Position numbers and translations under genes: made by a program. Source: the human T2T-CHM13v2.0 reference genome, Homo sapiens. From it: a stretch of DNA of 64,000 bases. The DNA is taken from assembly GCF_009914755.1 (NCBI RefSeq), contig NC_060933.1; one strand, 5' to 3'. This document shows positions 39,356-53,129 of this stretch, in pieces; the first letter of the stretch is position 1; the number at the start of each line of letters is the position of its first letter. Below the pieces are notes generated by a model that was not told the origin of the DNA, ran no database searches, and saw only the letters and a program-made list of their open reading frames with translations.

Positions 39356-42300
39356 ATTTCATTCCATTCCATTCCATTCTATTCGGGTTAATTCCATTCC
39401 ATTCCATTCCATTCCATTCCATTCCAATCGAGTTGATTCCATTCCATTCCATTCCATTCCATTCCACTCCATTCCAGTCCTTTCCATTCCATTCCACTCG
39501 GGTTGATTCCAATGTATTCCTTTCCATTCCATTCCATTCCATTGCAATCGAGTTGATTCCATTGCTTTGCATTCCATTCCGGATGATTCCATTCCATTGC
39601 ATTCCATTCCATTCCATTCCCCTGCACTCGGGTTGATTCCATTCCATTCCACTCCATTCCGTTCCATTCCATTCCATTCCATTGTATTCGGGTTAATTCC
39701 ATTCCATTCCATTCCATTCCATTCCATTCCATTCCATCACAATCAAGTTGGTTCCATTCCATTCCATTCCATTCCATTCCATTCCGGATGATTCCATTCC
39801 ATTACATTCCGTTCCATTACATTCCCCTGCACTCAGGTTGATTGCATTCCATTCCATTCCATTCCATTCGATTCCACTCCATTCCAATTCTTTCCATTCC
39901 ATTCTATTCCGTACCATTCCATTCCATTCCATACCATTCCATTCCATTCCATTCCATTCCATTCCATTCCGTTCCGTTCCGTTCCGTTCCGTTCCATTCC
40001 ATTCCATTCCATTTTATTCGGGTTAATTCCATTCCATTCCATTCCATTCCATTCTATTCCATTCCATTGCAATCGAGATGAATCCATTGCATTCAATTCC
40101 ATTCCATTCCATTCCATTGCAATCGAGTTGAATCCATTGCATTCCATTCCATTCCATTCCGGAAGATTCCATTCCATTGCATTCCATTCCATTCCATTCC
40201 CCTGCACTCGCGTTGATTCCATTCCATTCCATTCCATTCCGTTCCGTTCTGTTCCGTTCCATTCCATTCCATTCCATTCCGTTCCGTTCCGTTCCGTTCC
40301 ATTCCATTCCATTCTATTCGGGTTAATTCCATTCCATTCCATTCGATTGCAATCGAGTTGATTCCATTCCATTCCATTCCATTCCATTCCATTCCATTCC
40401 ATTCCATTCCTTTCCATTCCATTAAGGATGATTCCATTCCACTGCATTACATTCCATTCCATTCCCCTGTACTCCGGTTGATTCCATTCCATTCCATTCC
40501 ATTCCATTCCATTCTATTCCATTCCATTTCATTCCATTCCGTAAGATTCCATTCCATTCCATTCCATTCCATTCCATTCCCCTGCACTCGCGTTGATTCC
40601 ATTCCATTCCATTCCATTCCATTCCATTCCATTCCGATCCGTTCCATTACATTCCATTCCATTCCATTCCGTTCCGTTCCATTCCATTCCATTCCATTCC
40701 ATTCTATTTGGGTTAATTCCATTCCATTCCATTCGATTGCAATCGAGTTGATTCCATTCCATTCCATTCCAAACCATGCCATTCCACTCGTTATGATTCC
40801 ATTCTTTCCATTCCATTCAAGTTGAATCCATTCCATTGCATTCCATTCCATTCGATTCCATTCGATTGCACTCGGGTTGATTCCATGGCATTGCATTCCA
40901 TTCCATTCTATTCCATTCCATTCCTTTCCATTCCATTCCATTCCATTCCATTCGGATTCATTCTATTCAATTCCCTTACACTCCATTACATTCCATTCCA
41001 TTCGTGTAGTTTCCATTCCATTCCATTCCATTCCTCTCCATTCCATTGCACTCGGGTTGATTCCATTCCATTCCATTCCATTCCATTCCATTCCATTCCA
41101 TTCCATTCCATTCCGGATTATTCCATTCCATTGAATTCCATTGCATTCCATTCCCCTGCACTTGGGTTGATTCCATTCCATTCCATTCCATTCCTTTCTT
41201 TTCCATTCCATTCCATTCCATTCCATTCTTTCGTGTTAATTCCATTCCGTTCTATTCCATTCCATTCAATTGAAATCGAGTTGATTCCATTCCATTCCAT
41301 TCCATTCCATTCCATTCCATTCCGGATGATTCCATTCCATTGCATTCCATTCCATTCCATTCCCCTGCACTCGGGTTGATTCCATTCCATTCCATTCCAT
41401 TCCATTCCATTCCATTCCGTTCCATTTCATTCTATTCGGGTTAATTCCATTCCATTCCATTCCACTCCATTCCAGTCCTTTCCATTCCATTCCACTCGGG
41501 TTGATTCCATTCTATTCCTTTCAATTCCATTCCATTCCATTGCAATCGAGTTGATTCCATTCGAGTTGAATCCATTCCATTCCATTCCATTCCATTCCAT
41601 TCCATTGCACACAGGTTCATTCCATTCCATTCCATTCCATTCCATTCCATTCCATTCCATTCCATATCATTCCATTCCATTCTATTCCGTACCATTCCAT
41701 TCCATCCCATTCCATTCCGTTCCATTCCATGCCATTACACTCGGGTTGATTCCATTCCTTTCCATTCCATTCTTGTTGAATCCATTCCATTCCATTCCAT
41801 TCCATTCTAATCCATTCCATTGCACTCGGGTTGATTCCATTCCATTCCATTGCATTCCATTTCATTCCATTCCATTCCATTACATTCGGATTGATTCTAT
41901 TCAATTCCCTTACACTCCATTACATTCCATTACATTCGGGATGTTTCCATTCCATTCCATTCCATTCCACTCCATTCCATTGCATCAGGTTGATTGCATT
42001 CCATTCCATTCCATTCCATTCCGGATGATTCCATTCCATTGCATTCCATTCCATTCCATTCCCCTGCACTCGGGTTGATTCCATTCCATTCCATTCCATT
42101 CCATTACATTCCATTCCATTCTGTTCCGTTCCATTCCATTCCATTCCATTCTATTCCGGTTAATTCCATTCCATTCCATTTTATTCCATTCCATTCCATT
42201 CCATTCCATTGCAATCGAGTTGATTCCATTCCATTCCATTCCATTCCGTTCCGGATGATTCCATTCCATTCCATTCCATTTCATTCCATTCCCCTGCACT

Positions 42301-45300
42301 CGGGTTGATTCCATTCCATTCCATTCCATTCCATTCCATTCCGTTCCATTCCATTCCATTCCATTCTATTCGGGTTAATTCCATTCCATTCCATTCCATT
42401 CCATTCCATTCCAATCGATTTGATTCCATTCCATTCCATTCCATTCCATTCCATTCCACTCCATTCCAGTCCTTTCCATTCCATTACGCTCGGGTTGATT
42501 CCATTCTATTCCTTTCCATTCCATTCCATTCCATTGCAATCGAGTTGATTCCATTGCTTTGCATTCCATTCCATTCCATTCCATTCCGGATGATTCCATT
42601 CCATTGCATTCCTTTCCATTCCATTCCCCTGCACTCGGGTTGATTCCATTCCATTCCACTCCATTCCGTTCCATTCCATTCCATTCCATTGTATTCGGGT
42701 TAATTCCATTCCATTCCATTCCATTCCATTCCATTCCATTACAATCGAGTTGATTCCATGCCATTCCATTCCATTCCATTCCATTCCAGTCCTTTCCATT
42801 CCATTCCATACGGGTTGATTCCATTCTATTAGTTTCCATTCCATTCCATTCCCTTCCATTCCACTCTGGTTGATTCCATTCCTTTCCATTCTACTCGAAT
42901 ACATTCCCTCCTATTCCACTCGGAACGATTCCATTCCATTCCATTCCATTCCATTCCATTCCATTCCATTCCATTCCATTCCAGTTCGTTCCATTCCGTT
43001 CTATTCCGTACCATTCCATTCCATTCCATTCCTTTCCATTCCATTCCTTTCCACTACTGTTGATTCCATTCTTTCCATTCCATTCGGTTTGAAGGCATTC
43101 CATTCCATTCAATTCCATTAAATTCCATTCCATTCCATTCCATTCTATTCCATTCCATTGCAATCAATTTGAATCCATTGCTTTTCATTCCATTCCATTC
43201 CATTCCGGAAGATTCCATTCCATTGCATTCCATTCCATTCCATTCCCCTGCACTCGCGTTGATTCCATTCCATTCCATTCCATTCCATTCCTTTCCGTTC
43301 CATTCTATTCCATTCCATTCCATTCCGTTCCGTTCCATTCCATTCCATTCTATTCGGTTTAATTCCATTCCATTCCATTCGATTGCCATCGAGTTGATTC
43401 CATTCCCTTCCATTCCATTCCATTCCATTCCTTTCCATTCCACTACGGATGACTCCATTCCATTGCATTCCATTCCATTCCATTCTCCTTTACTCGGGTT
43501 GATTCCATTCCATTCCATTCCACTCCATTTGGTTCCGTTGCATTCCATTCTATTGCATTCCATTCTATTCGGGTTAATTCCATTCCATTCTATTCCATTC
43601 CATTCCATTCCATTCCATTGCAATGGAGTTGATTCTATTCCATTCCATTCCATTCCGGATGATTCCATTCCATTGCATTCCATTCCATTCCATTCCCCTG
43701 CACTCGTGTTGATTCCATTCCCTTCCATTCCATTCCATTCCGTTCCATTCCATTCCATTCCATTCTATTCCGGTTAATTCCATTCCATTCCATTCCATTC
43801 CATTCCATTCCATTGCAATCGAGTTGATTCCATTCCATTCCTTTCCATTCCATTCCATTGCCTTGCATTCCACTCGGGTTGATTCCATTCCCTTCTTTCC
43901 ACTCCATTACATTCCCTTCCATGATTGATTCCATTCCATTCCATTCCATTTCATTCCATTGCAATCCATTCCAATCCATTCCATTCCATTCCATTCCACT
44001 CGAGTTGACTTCATTCCATTCCTTTCCATTCCATTCCATTCCTTTCCACTCGAGTTGATTCCATTCCATTCCAATCCATTGCATTCCATTCCATGCCATT
44101 ACACTCGGGTTGATTCCATTCCTTTGCATTCCATTCCATTCCATTCCATTCCATTCCATTCCATTCCATTCCGTTGCATTCCATTCCATTACATTCGGAT
44201 TGATTCTATTCAACTCCCTTACTCTCCATTACATTCCATTACATTCGGGTTGTTCCATTCCATTTCATTCCATTCCACTCCATTCCATTGCACTCGGGTT
44301 GATTCCATTCCATTCCATTCCATTCCATTCCATTCCATTCCGGATGATTCCATTCCATTGCATTCCGTTCCATTACATTCCCCTGCACTCGCGTTGATTC
44401 CATTCCATTCCATTCCATTCCATTCAATTCCATTCCATTACATTCCCCTGCACTCGCGTTGATTCCATTCCATTCCATTCCATTCAATTCCATTCCATTA
44501 CAATTCGTTCCATTCCATTCTATTCCGTACCATTCCATTCCATTCCATACCATTCCATTCCATTCCATTCCATTCCATTCCATTCCGTTGCATTCCTTTC
44601 CATTCCATTCCATTCCATTCCATTCTATTCGGGTTAATCCCATTCCATTCCATTCCATTCCATTCTATTCCATTCCATTGCAATCGTGTTGAATCCATTG
44701 CATTTCATTCCATTCCATTCCATTCCATTCCATTCCATTCCATTCCATTCCGGAAGATTCCATTCCATTGCATTGCATTCCATGCCATTCCCCTGCACTC
44801 GCGTTGATTCCATTCCATTCCATTCCATTCCATTCCATTCCATTCCGTTCCGTTCCGTTCCATTCCATTCCATTCCATTCCATTCCATTCCGTTCCGTTC
44901 CATTCCATTCCATTCCATTCTATTCGGGTTAATTCCATTCCATTCCATTCGATTGCAATCGTGTTGATTCCATTCCATTCCAATCCATTCCATTCCATTC
45001 CATTCCATTTCATTCCTTTCCATTCCATTACGGATGATTCCATTCCATTGCATTCCATTCCGTTCCATTCCCCTGTACTCGAGTTGATTCCATTCCATTG
45101 CATTCCAATCCATGCCCTTCCACTCGTGTTGATTCCATTCTTTCCATTCCATTCAAGTTGAATCCATTTCATTGCATTCCATTCCATTCGATTCCATTCG
45201 ATTGCACTCGGGTTGATTCCATTCCATTGCATTCCATTCCATTCCATTCCATTCCATTCCATTCCATTCCATTCCGTTCCATTCCATTCCATTACATTCG

Positions 45301-48300
45301 GATTGACTCTATTCAATTCCCTTACACTCCATTACATTCCATTCCATTCGGGTAGTTTGCATTCCATTCCATTCCATTCCTCTCCATTCCATTGCACTCG
45401 GGTTGATTCCATTCCATTGCATTCCATTCCATTCCATTCAATTCCATTCCGTTCCTTTCCATTCCATTACATTCGGATTGACTCTATTCAACTCCCTTAC
45501 TCTCCATTACATTCCATTCCATTCGGGTTGTTCCATTCCATTCCATTCCATTCCACTCCATTCCATTGCACTCGGGTTTATTCCATTCCATTCCATTCCA
45601 TTCCATTCCATTCCATTCCATTCCTTTCCGTTCCAATCCATTCCATTCCATTCCATTCCATTCCATTCCGTTCCGTTCCGTTCCGTTCCGTTCCATTCCA
45701 TTCCATTCCATTCTATTCGGGTTAATTCCATTCAATTCCATTCGATTGCAATCGAGTTGATTCCATGGCATTGCATTCCATTCCATTCCTTTCCATTCCA
45801 TTCCATTCCATTCCATTCCTTTCCATTCCATTCCATTCCATTCCATTCCTTTCCATTACATTCCATTCCATTCCATTCGGATTCATTCTTTTCAATTCCC
45901 TTACACTCCATTTCATTCCATTCCATTCGTGTAGTTTCCATTCCATTCCATTCCATTCCTCTCCATTCCATTGCACTCGGGATGTTTCCATTCCATTCCA
46001 TTCCATTCCATTCCATTCCGGATTATTCCATTCCATTGAATTCCATTGCATTCCATTCCCCTGCACTTGGGTTGATTCCATTCCATTCCATTACATTCCT
46101 TTCTTTTCCATTCCATTCCATTCTTTCGTGTTAATTCCATTCCATTCTATTCCATTCCATTCCATTGAAATCGAGTTGATTCCATTCCATTCCATTCCAT
46201 TCCATTCCATTCCATTCCATTCCGGATGATTCCATTCCATTCCATTCCGTTCCATTCCATTCCATTGTACTCAGGTTGATTCCATTCCATTGCATTCCAT
46301 TCCATTCCATTCCATTTCATTCCGTTTCATTCCATTCCATTACATTCGGATTGATTCTATTCAATTCCCTTACTCTCCTTTACATTCTATTCCATTCGGG
46401 TTGTTCCATTCCATTCCATTCCATTCCACTCCATTCCTTTGCACTCGGGTTGATTCCATTCCATTCCATTCCATTCCATTCCATTCCGGATGATTCCATT
46501 CCATTGCATTCCGTTCCATTACATTCCCCTGCACTCGCGTTGATTCCATTCCATTCCATTCAATTCCATTCCATTACAATTCGTTCCATTCCATTCTATT
46601 CCGTACCATTCCATTCCATTCCATACCATTCCATTGCATTCCATTCCATTCCATTCCTTTCCATTCCGTTCCATTGCATTCTATTCGGGTTAATTCCATT
46701 CCATTCCATTCCATTCCATTCTATTCCATTCCATTGCAATCGAGTTGAATCCATTGCATTTCATTCCATTCCATTCCATTCCATTCCATTCCGGAAGATT
46801 CCATTCCATTGCATTCCATTCCATTCCATTCCCCTGCACTCGCGTTGATTCCATTCCATTCCATTCCATTCCATTCCATTCCATTCCGTTCCGTTCCATT
46901 CCATTCCATTCCATTCCATTCCATTCCGTTCCGTTCCATTCCATTCCATTCCATTCTAGTCGGGTTAATTCCATTCCATTCCATTCGATTGCAATCGTGT
47001 TGATTCCATTCCATTCCATTCCATTCCATTCCATTCCATTCCATTCCATTCCATTCCTTTCCATTCCATTACGGATGATTCCATTTCATTGCATTCCATT
47101 CCATTCCATTCCCCTGTACTCGGGTTGATTCCATTCCATTGCATTCCAATCCATGCCCTTCCACTCTTGTTGATTCCATTCATTCCATTCCATTCAAGTT
47201 GAATCCATTCCATTGCATTCCATTCCATTCGATTCCATTCGATTGCACTCGGGTTGATTCCATTCCATTGCATTCCATTCCTTTCCATTCCTTTCCATTC
47301 CATTCCATTCCATTCCGTTCCATTCCATTCCATTACATTCGGATTGATTCTATTCAATTCCCTTACACTCCATTACATTCCATTCCATTCGGGTAGTTTC
47401 CATTCCATTCCATTTCATTCCTCTCCATTCCATTGCACTCGGGTTGATTCCATTCCATTGCATTCCATTCCATTCCATTCAATTCCATTCCGTTCCATTC
47501 CATTCCATTACATTCGGATTGATTCTATTCAACTCCCTTACTCTTCATTACATTCCATTCCATTTGGGTTGTTCCATTCCATTCCATTCCATTCCACTCC
47601 ATTCCATTGCACTCGGGTTTATTCAATTCCATTCCATTTCATTCCATTCCATTCCATTCCAATCCGGAAGATTCCATTCCATTGCATTCCATTCCGATCC
47701 ATTCCCCTGCACTCGCGTTCATTCCATTCCATTCCATTAAATTCCATTCCATTCCATTCCATTCCTTTCCGTTCCATTCCATTCCTTTCCATTCGATTGC
47801 AATGGAGTTGATTCCATTCCATTCCATTCCATTCCATTCCATTCCATTCCATTCCTTTCCATTCCATTACGGATGATTCCATTCCATTGCATTACATTCC
47901 ATTCCATTCCCCTGTACTCGGGTTGATTCGTTTCCTTTCCATTCCATTCCATTCTATTCCATTCCATTCCATTCCATTCCGGAAGTTTCCATTCCATTGC
48001 ATTCCATTCCATTCCATTCCCCTGCACTCGCGTTGATTCCATTCCATTCCATTCCATTCCATTCCATTCCATTCCATTCCGATCCGTTCCATTCCATTCC
48101 ATTCCATTCCATTCCATTCCGTTCCGTTCCATTCCATTCCATTCCATTCCATTCTATTCGGGTTAATTCCATTCCATTCCATTGAATTGCAATCGAGTTG
48201 ATTCCATTCCATTCCAATCCATTCCATTCCATTCCATTCCATTCCTTTCCATTACATTACGGGTGTTTCCATTCCATTTCATTCCATTCCATTCCATTCC

Positions 48301-48999
48301 CCTGTACTCGGGTTGATTCTATTCCATTCCATTCCAATCCATGCCATTCCACTCGTGTTGATTCCATTCTTTCCATTCCATTCAAGTTGAATCCATTCCG
48401 TTGCATTCCATTCCATTCGATTCCATTCGATTGCACTCGGGTTGATTCCATGGCATTGCTTTCCATTCCATTCCATTCCATTCCATTCGGATTCATTCTA
48501 TTCAATTCCCTTACACTCCATTACATTCCAATCCATTCGTGTAGTTTCCATTCCATTCCATTCCATTCCTCTCCATTCCATTGCACTCGGGTTGATTCCA
48601 TTCCATTCCATTCCATTCCATTCCATTCCATTCCATTCCGGATGATTCCATTCCATTGAATTCCATTCCATTCCATTCCCCTGCACTTGGGTTGATTCCA
48701 TTCCATTCCATTCCATTCCTTTCTGTTCCATTGCATTCCATTCCATTCCATTCTACTCGTGTTAATTCCGTTCCATTCTATTCCATTCCATTCCATTGAA
48801 ATCGAGTTGATTCCATTCCATTCAATTCCATTCCATTCCATTCCATTACATTCCATTCCATTCGGGATGATTCCATTCCATTGCATTCCATTCCATTCCA
48901 TTCCCCTGCACTCGGGTTGATTCCATTCCGTTCCATTCCATTACATTCCATTCCATTCCGTTCCATTTCATTCTATTCGGGTTAATTCCATTCCATTCC

Positions 49000-51900
49000 A
49001 TTCCACTCCATTCCAGTCCTTTCCATTCCATTCCACTCGGGTTGATTCCATTCTATTCCTTTCCATTCCATTCCATTCCAGTGCAATCGAGTTGATTCCA
49101 TTGCTTTTCATTCCATTCCATTCCATTCCATTCCGGATGATTCCATTCCATTGCATTCCATTCCATTCCATTCCCCTGCACTCGGGTTGATTCCATTCCA
49201 TTCCACTCCATTCCGTTCCATTCCATTCCATTCCATTGTATTCGGGTTAATTCCATTCCATTCCATTCCATTCCATTCCATTCCATTCCATTCCATTCCA
49301 TTACAATCGAGTTGATTCCATTCCATTCCATTCCATTTCATTCCATTCCAGTCCTTTCCATTCCATTCCACTCGGGTTGATTCCATTCTATTAGTTTCCA
49401 TTCCATTCCATTCCCTTCCATTCCACTCTGGTTGATTCCATTCCTTTCCATTCCACTCGAATACATTCCCTCCTATTCCACTCGGAACGATTCCATTCCA
49501 TTCCATTCCATTCCATTCCATTCCATTCCATTCCATTCCAGTTCGTTCAATTCCATTCTACTCCGTACCATTCCATTCCATTCCATTCCTTTCCATTCCA
49601 TTCCTTTCCACTCGTGTTGATTCCATTCCTTTCCATTCCATTCGGTTTGAAGGCATTCCATTCCATTCCATTCCATTCCATTCCATTCCATTCTATTCCA
49701 TTCCATTGCAATCGAGTTTAATCCATTGCCTTTCATTCCATTCCATTCCATTCCATTCCATTCCATTCCGGAAGATTCCATTCCATTACATTCCATTCCA
49801 TTCCATTCCCCTGCACTCGCGTTGATTCCATTCCATTCCATTCCATTCCATTCCGTTCCGTTCCATTCCATTCCATTCCATACCATTCCTTTCCGTTCCG
49901 TTCCGTTCCATTCCATTCCATTCCATTCTATTCGGGTTAATTGCATTCCATTCTATTCGATTGCCATCGAGTTGATTCCATTCCATTCCATTCCATTCCA
50001 TTCCATTCCATTCCATTCCATTCCTTTCCATTCCATTACGGATCACTCCATTCCACTGCATTCCATTCCATTCCATTCCCCTGTACTCGGGTTGATTCCA
50101 TTCCATTCCATTCCACTCCATTCGGTTCCGTTGCATTCCATTCTATTGCATTCCATTCTATTCGGGTTAATTCCATTCCATTCTATTCCATTCCATTCCA
50201 TTCCATTCCATTGCAATGGAGTTGATTCCATTCCATTCCATTCCATTCCGGATGATTCCATTGCATTGCATTCCATTCCATTCCATTCCCCTGCACTCGT
50301 GTTGATTCCATTCCCTTCCATTCCATTCCACTCCGTTCCATTCCATTCCATTCCATTCTATTTCGGTTAATTCCATTCCATTCCATTCCATTCCATTCCA
50401 TTCCATTCCATTCCATTCCATTCCATTCCATTGCAATCGAGTTGATTCCATTCCATTCCTTTCCATTCCATTCCATTGCCTTGCATTCCACTCTGGTTGA
50501 TTCCATTCCCTTCTTTCCACTCCATTACATTCCCTTCCATGATTGATTCCATTCCATTCCATTCAATTGCATTCCATTGCAATCCATTCCAATCCATTCC
50601 ATTCCATTCTATTCCACTCGAGTTGACTTTATTCCATTCCTTTCCATTCCATTCCATTCCTTTCCACTCGAGTTGATTCCATTCCATTCCAATCCATTGC
50701 ATTCCATTCCATGCCATTCCACTCCGGTTGATTCCATTCCTTTGCATTCCATTCCATTCCATTCCATTCCGTTGCATTCCATTCCATTACATTCGCATTG
50801 ATTCTATTCAACTCCCTTACTCTTCATTACATTCCATTCCATTCGGGTTGTTCCATTCCATTCCATTCCATTCCACTCCATTCCATTGCACTCGGGTTGA
50901 TTCTATTCCATTCCATTCCATTCCATTCCATTCCATTCCGGATATTTCCACTCCATTGCATTCCGTTCCATTACATTCCCCTGCACTCTCGTTGATTCCA
51001 TTCCATTCCATTCCTTTCCATTCAATTCCATTCCATTACAATTCGTTCCATTCCATTCTATTCCATACCATTCCATTCCATTCCATACCATTCCATTCCA
51101 TTCCATTCCGTTCCATTCCGTTCCATTCCAATCCATTCCATTCTATTCGGGTTAATCCCATTCCATTGCATTCCATTCCATTCTATTCCATTCCATTGCA
51201 ATCGAGTTGAATCCATTGCGTTTCATTCCATTCCATTCCATTCCATTCCATTCCGGAAGATTCCATTCCATTGCATTCCATTCCATGCCATTCCCCTGCA
51301 CTCGCTTTGATTCCATTCCATTCCATTCCATTCCATTCCATTCCATTCCGTTCCGTTCCATTCCATTCCATTCCATTCTATTCGGGTTAATTCCATTCCA
51401 TTCCATTCGATTGCAATCGTGTTGATTCCATTCCATTCCATTCCATTCCATTCCATTCCATTCCATTCCATTCCTTTGCATTCCATTACGGATGATTCCA
51501 TTCCATTGCATTCCATTCCATTCCATTCCCCTGTACACGGGTTGATTCCATTCCATTCCATTCCAATCCATGCCCTTCCACTCGTGTTGATTCCATTCTT
51601 TCCATTCCATTCAAGTTGAATCCATTCCATTGCATTCCATTCCATTCGATTCCATTCGATTGCACTCGGGTTGATTCCATTCTATTGCATTCCATTCCAT
51701 TCCATTCCATTCCATTCCATTCCATTCCGTTCCATTCCATTCCATTACATTCGGATTGATTCTATTCAATTCCCTTACACTCCATTACATTCCATTCCAT
51801 TCGGGTAGTTTCCATTCCATTCCATTCCATTCCTCTCCATTCCATTGCACTCGGGTTGATTGCATTCCATTGCATTCCATTCCATTCCATTCAATTCCAT

Positions 51901-52060
51901 TCCGTTCCATTCCATTCCATTGCATTCGGATTGACTCTATTCAACTCCCTTACTCTCCAATCCATTCCATTCTATTCGGCTTGTTCCATTCCATTCCATT
52001 CCATTCCACTCCATTCCATTGCACTCGGGTTTATTCCATTCCATTCCATTCCATTCCATT
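49000..52060 (+). repeat. Older, diverged copy of ~42460-45600 (offset ~6.46-6.62 kb)
   Basis: Markers found only in these two blocks: ATTGCCATCGAG (~43382/~49960), GGTTCCGTTGC (~43531/~50124), CCTTCTTTCCACTCCATTACATTCCCTTCCATGATTGA (~43891/~50509), GTTAATCCC (~44633/~51151) and CCATGCCATTCCCCTG (~44780/~51283). Confidence 0.85.
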
Positions 52061-53129
52061 CCATTCCATTCCATTCCTTTCCGGAAGATTCCATTCCATT
52101 GCATTCCATTCCATTCCATTCCCCTGCACTCGCGTTGATTCCATTCCATTCCATTCCATTCCATTCCTTTCCGTTCCATTCCATTCCATTCCATTCCATT
52201 CCGTTCCGTTCCGTTCCGTTCCATTCCGTTCCGTTCCGTTCCATTCCATTCCATTCCATTCCATTCTATTCGGGTTAATTCCATTCCATTCCATTCCATT
52301 CCATTCCATTCCAATCGAGTTGATTCCATTCCATTCCATTCCATTCCATTCCATTCCATTCCACTCCATTCCAGTCCTTTCCATTCCATTCCACTCGGGT
52401 TGATTCCAATGTATTCCTTTCCATTCCATTCCATTCCATTGCAATCGTGTTGATTCCATTGCTTTGCATTCCATTCCATTCCATTCCATTCCGGATGATT
52501 CCATTCCATTGCATTCCATTCCATTCCATTCCCCTGCACTCGGGTTGATTCCATTCCATTCCACTCCATTCCGTTCCATTCCATTCCATTCCATTGTATT
52601 CGGGTTAATTCCATTCCATTCCATTCCATTCCATTCCATTCCATTACAATCGAGTTGATTCCATTCCATTCCATTCCATTCCAGTCCTTTCCATTCCATT
52701 CCACTCGGGTTGATTCCATTCTATTAGTTTCCATTCCATTCCATTCCCTTCCATTCCACTCTGGTTGATTCCATTCCTTTCCATTCCACTCGAATACATT
52801 CCCTCCTATTCCACTCGGAACGATTCCATTCCATTCCATTCCATTCCATTCCATTCCATTTCGTTCCATTCCATTCTATTCGGTATCATTCCATTCCATT
52901 CCATTCCATTCCATTCCATTCCACTCGTGTTGATTCCATTCCTTTCCATTCCATTCGGTTTGAAGGCATTCCACTCCATTCCATTCCATTCCATTCCATT
53001 CCATTCCATTGTACTCTGGTTGATTGCATTCCATTGCATTCCATTCCATTCCATTTCGTTGCATTCCATTCCATTACATTCGGATTGATTCTATTCAACT
53101 CAATTACATTCCATTACATTCCATTCCAT

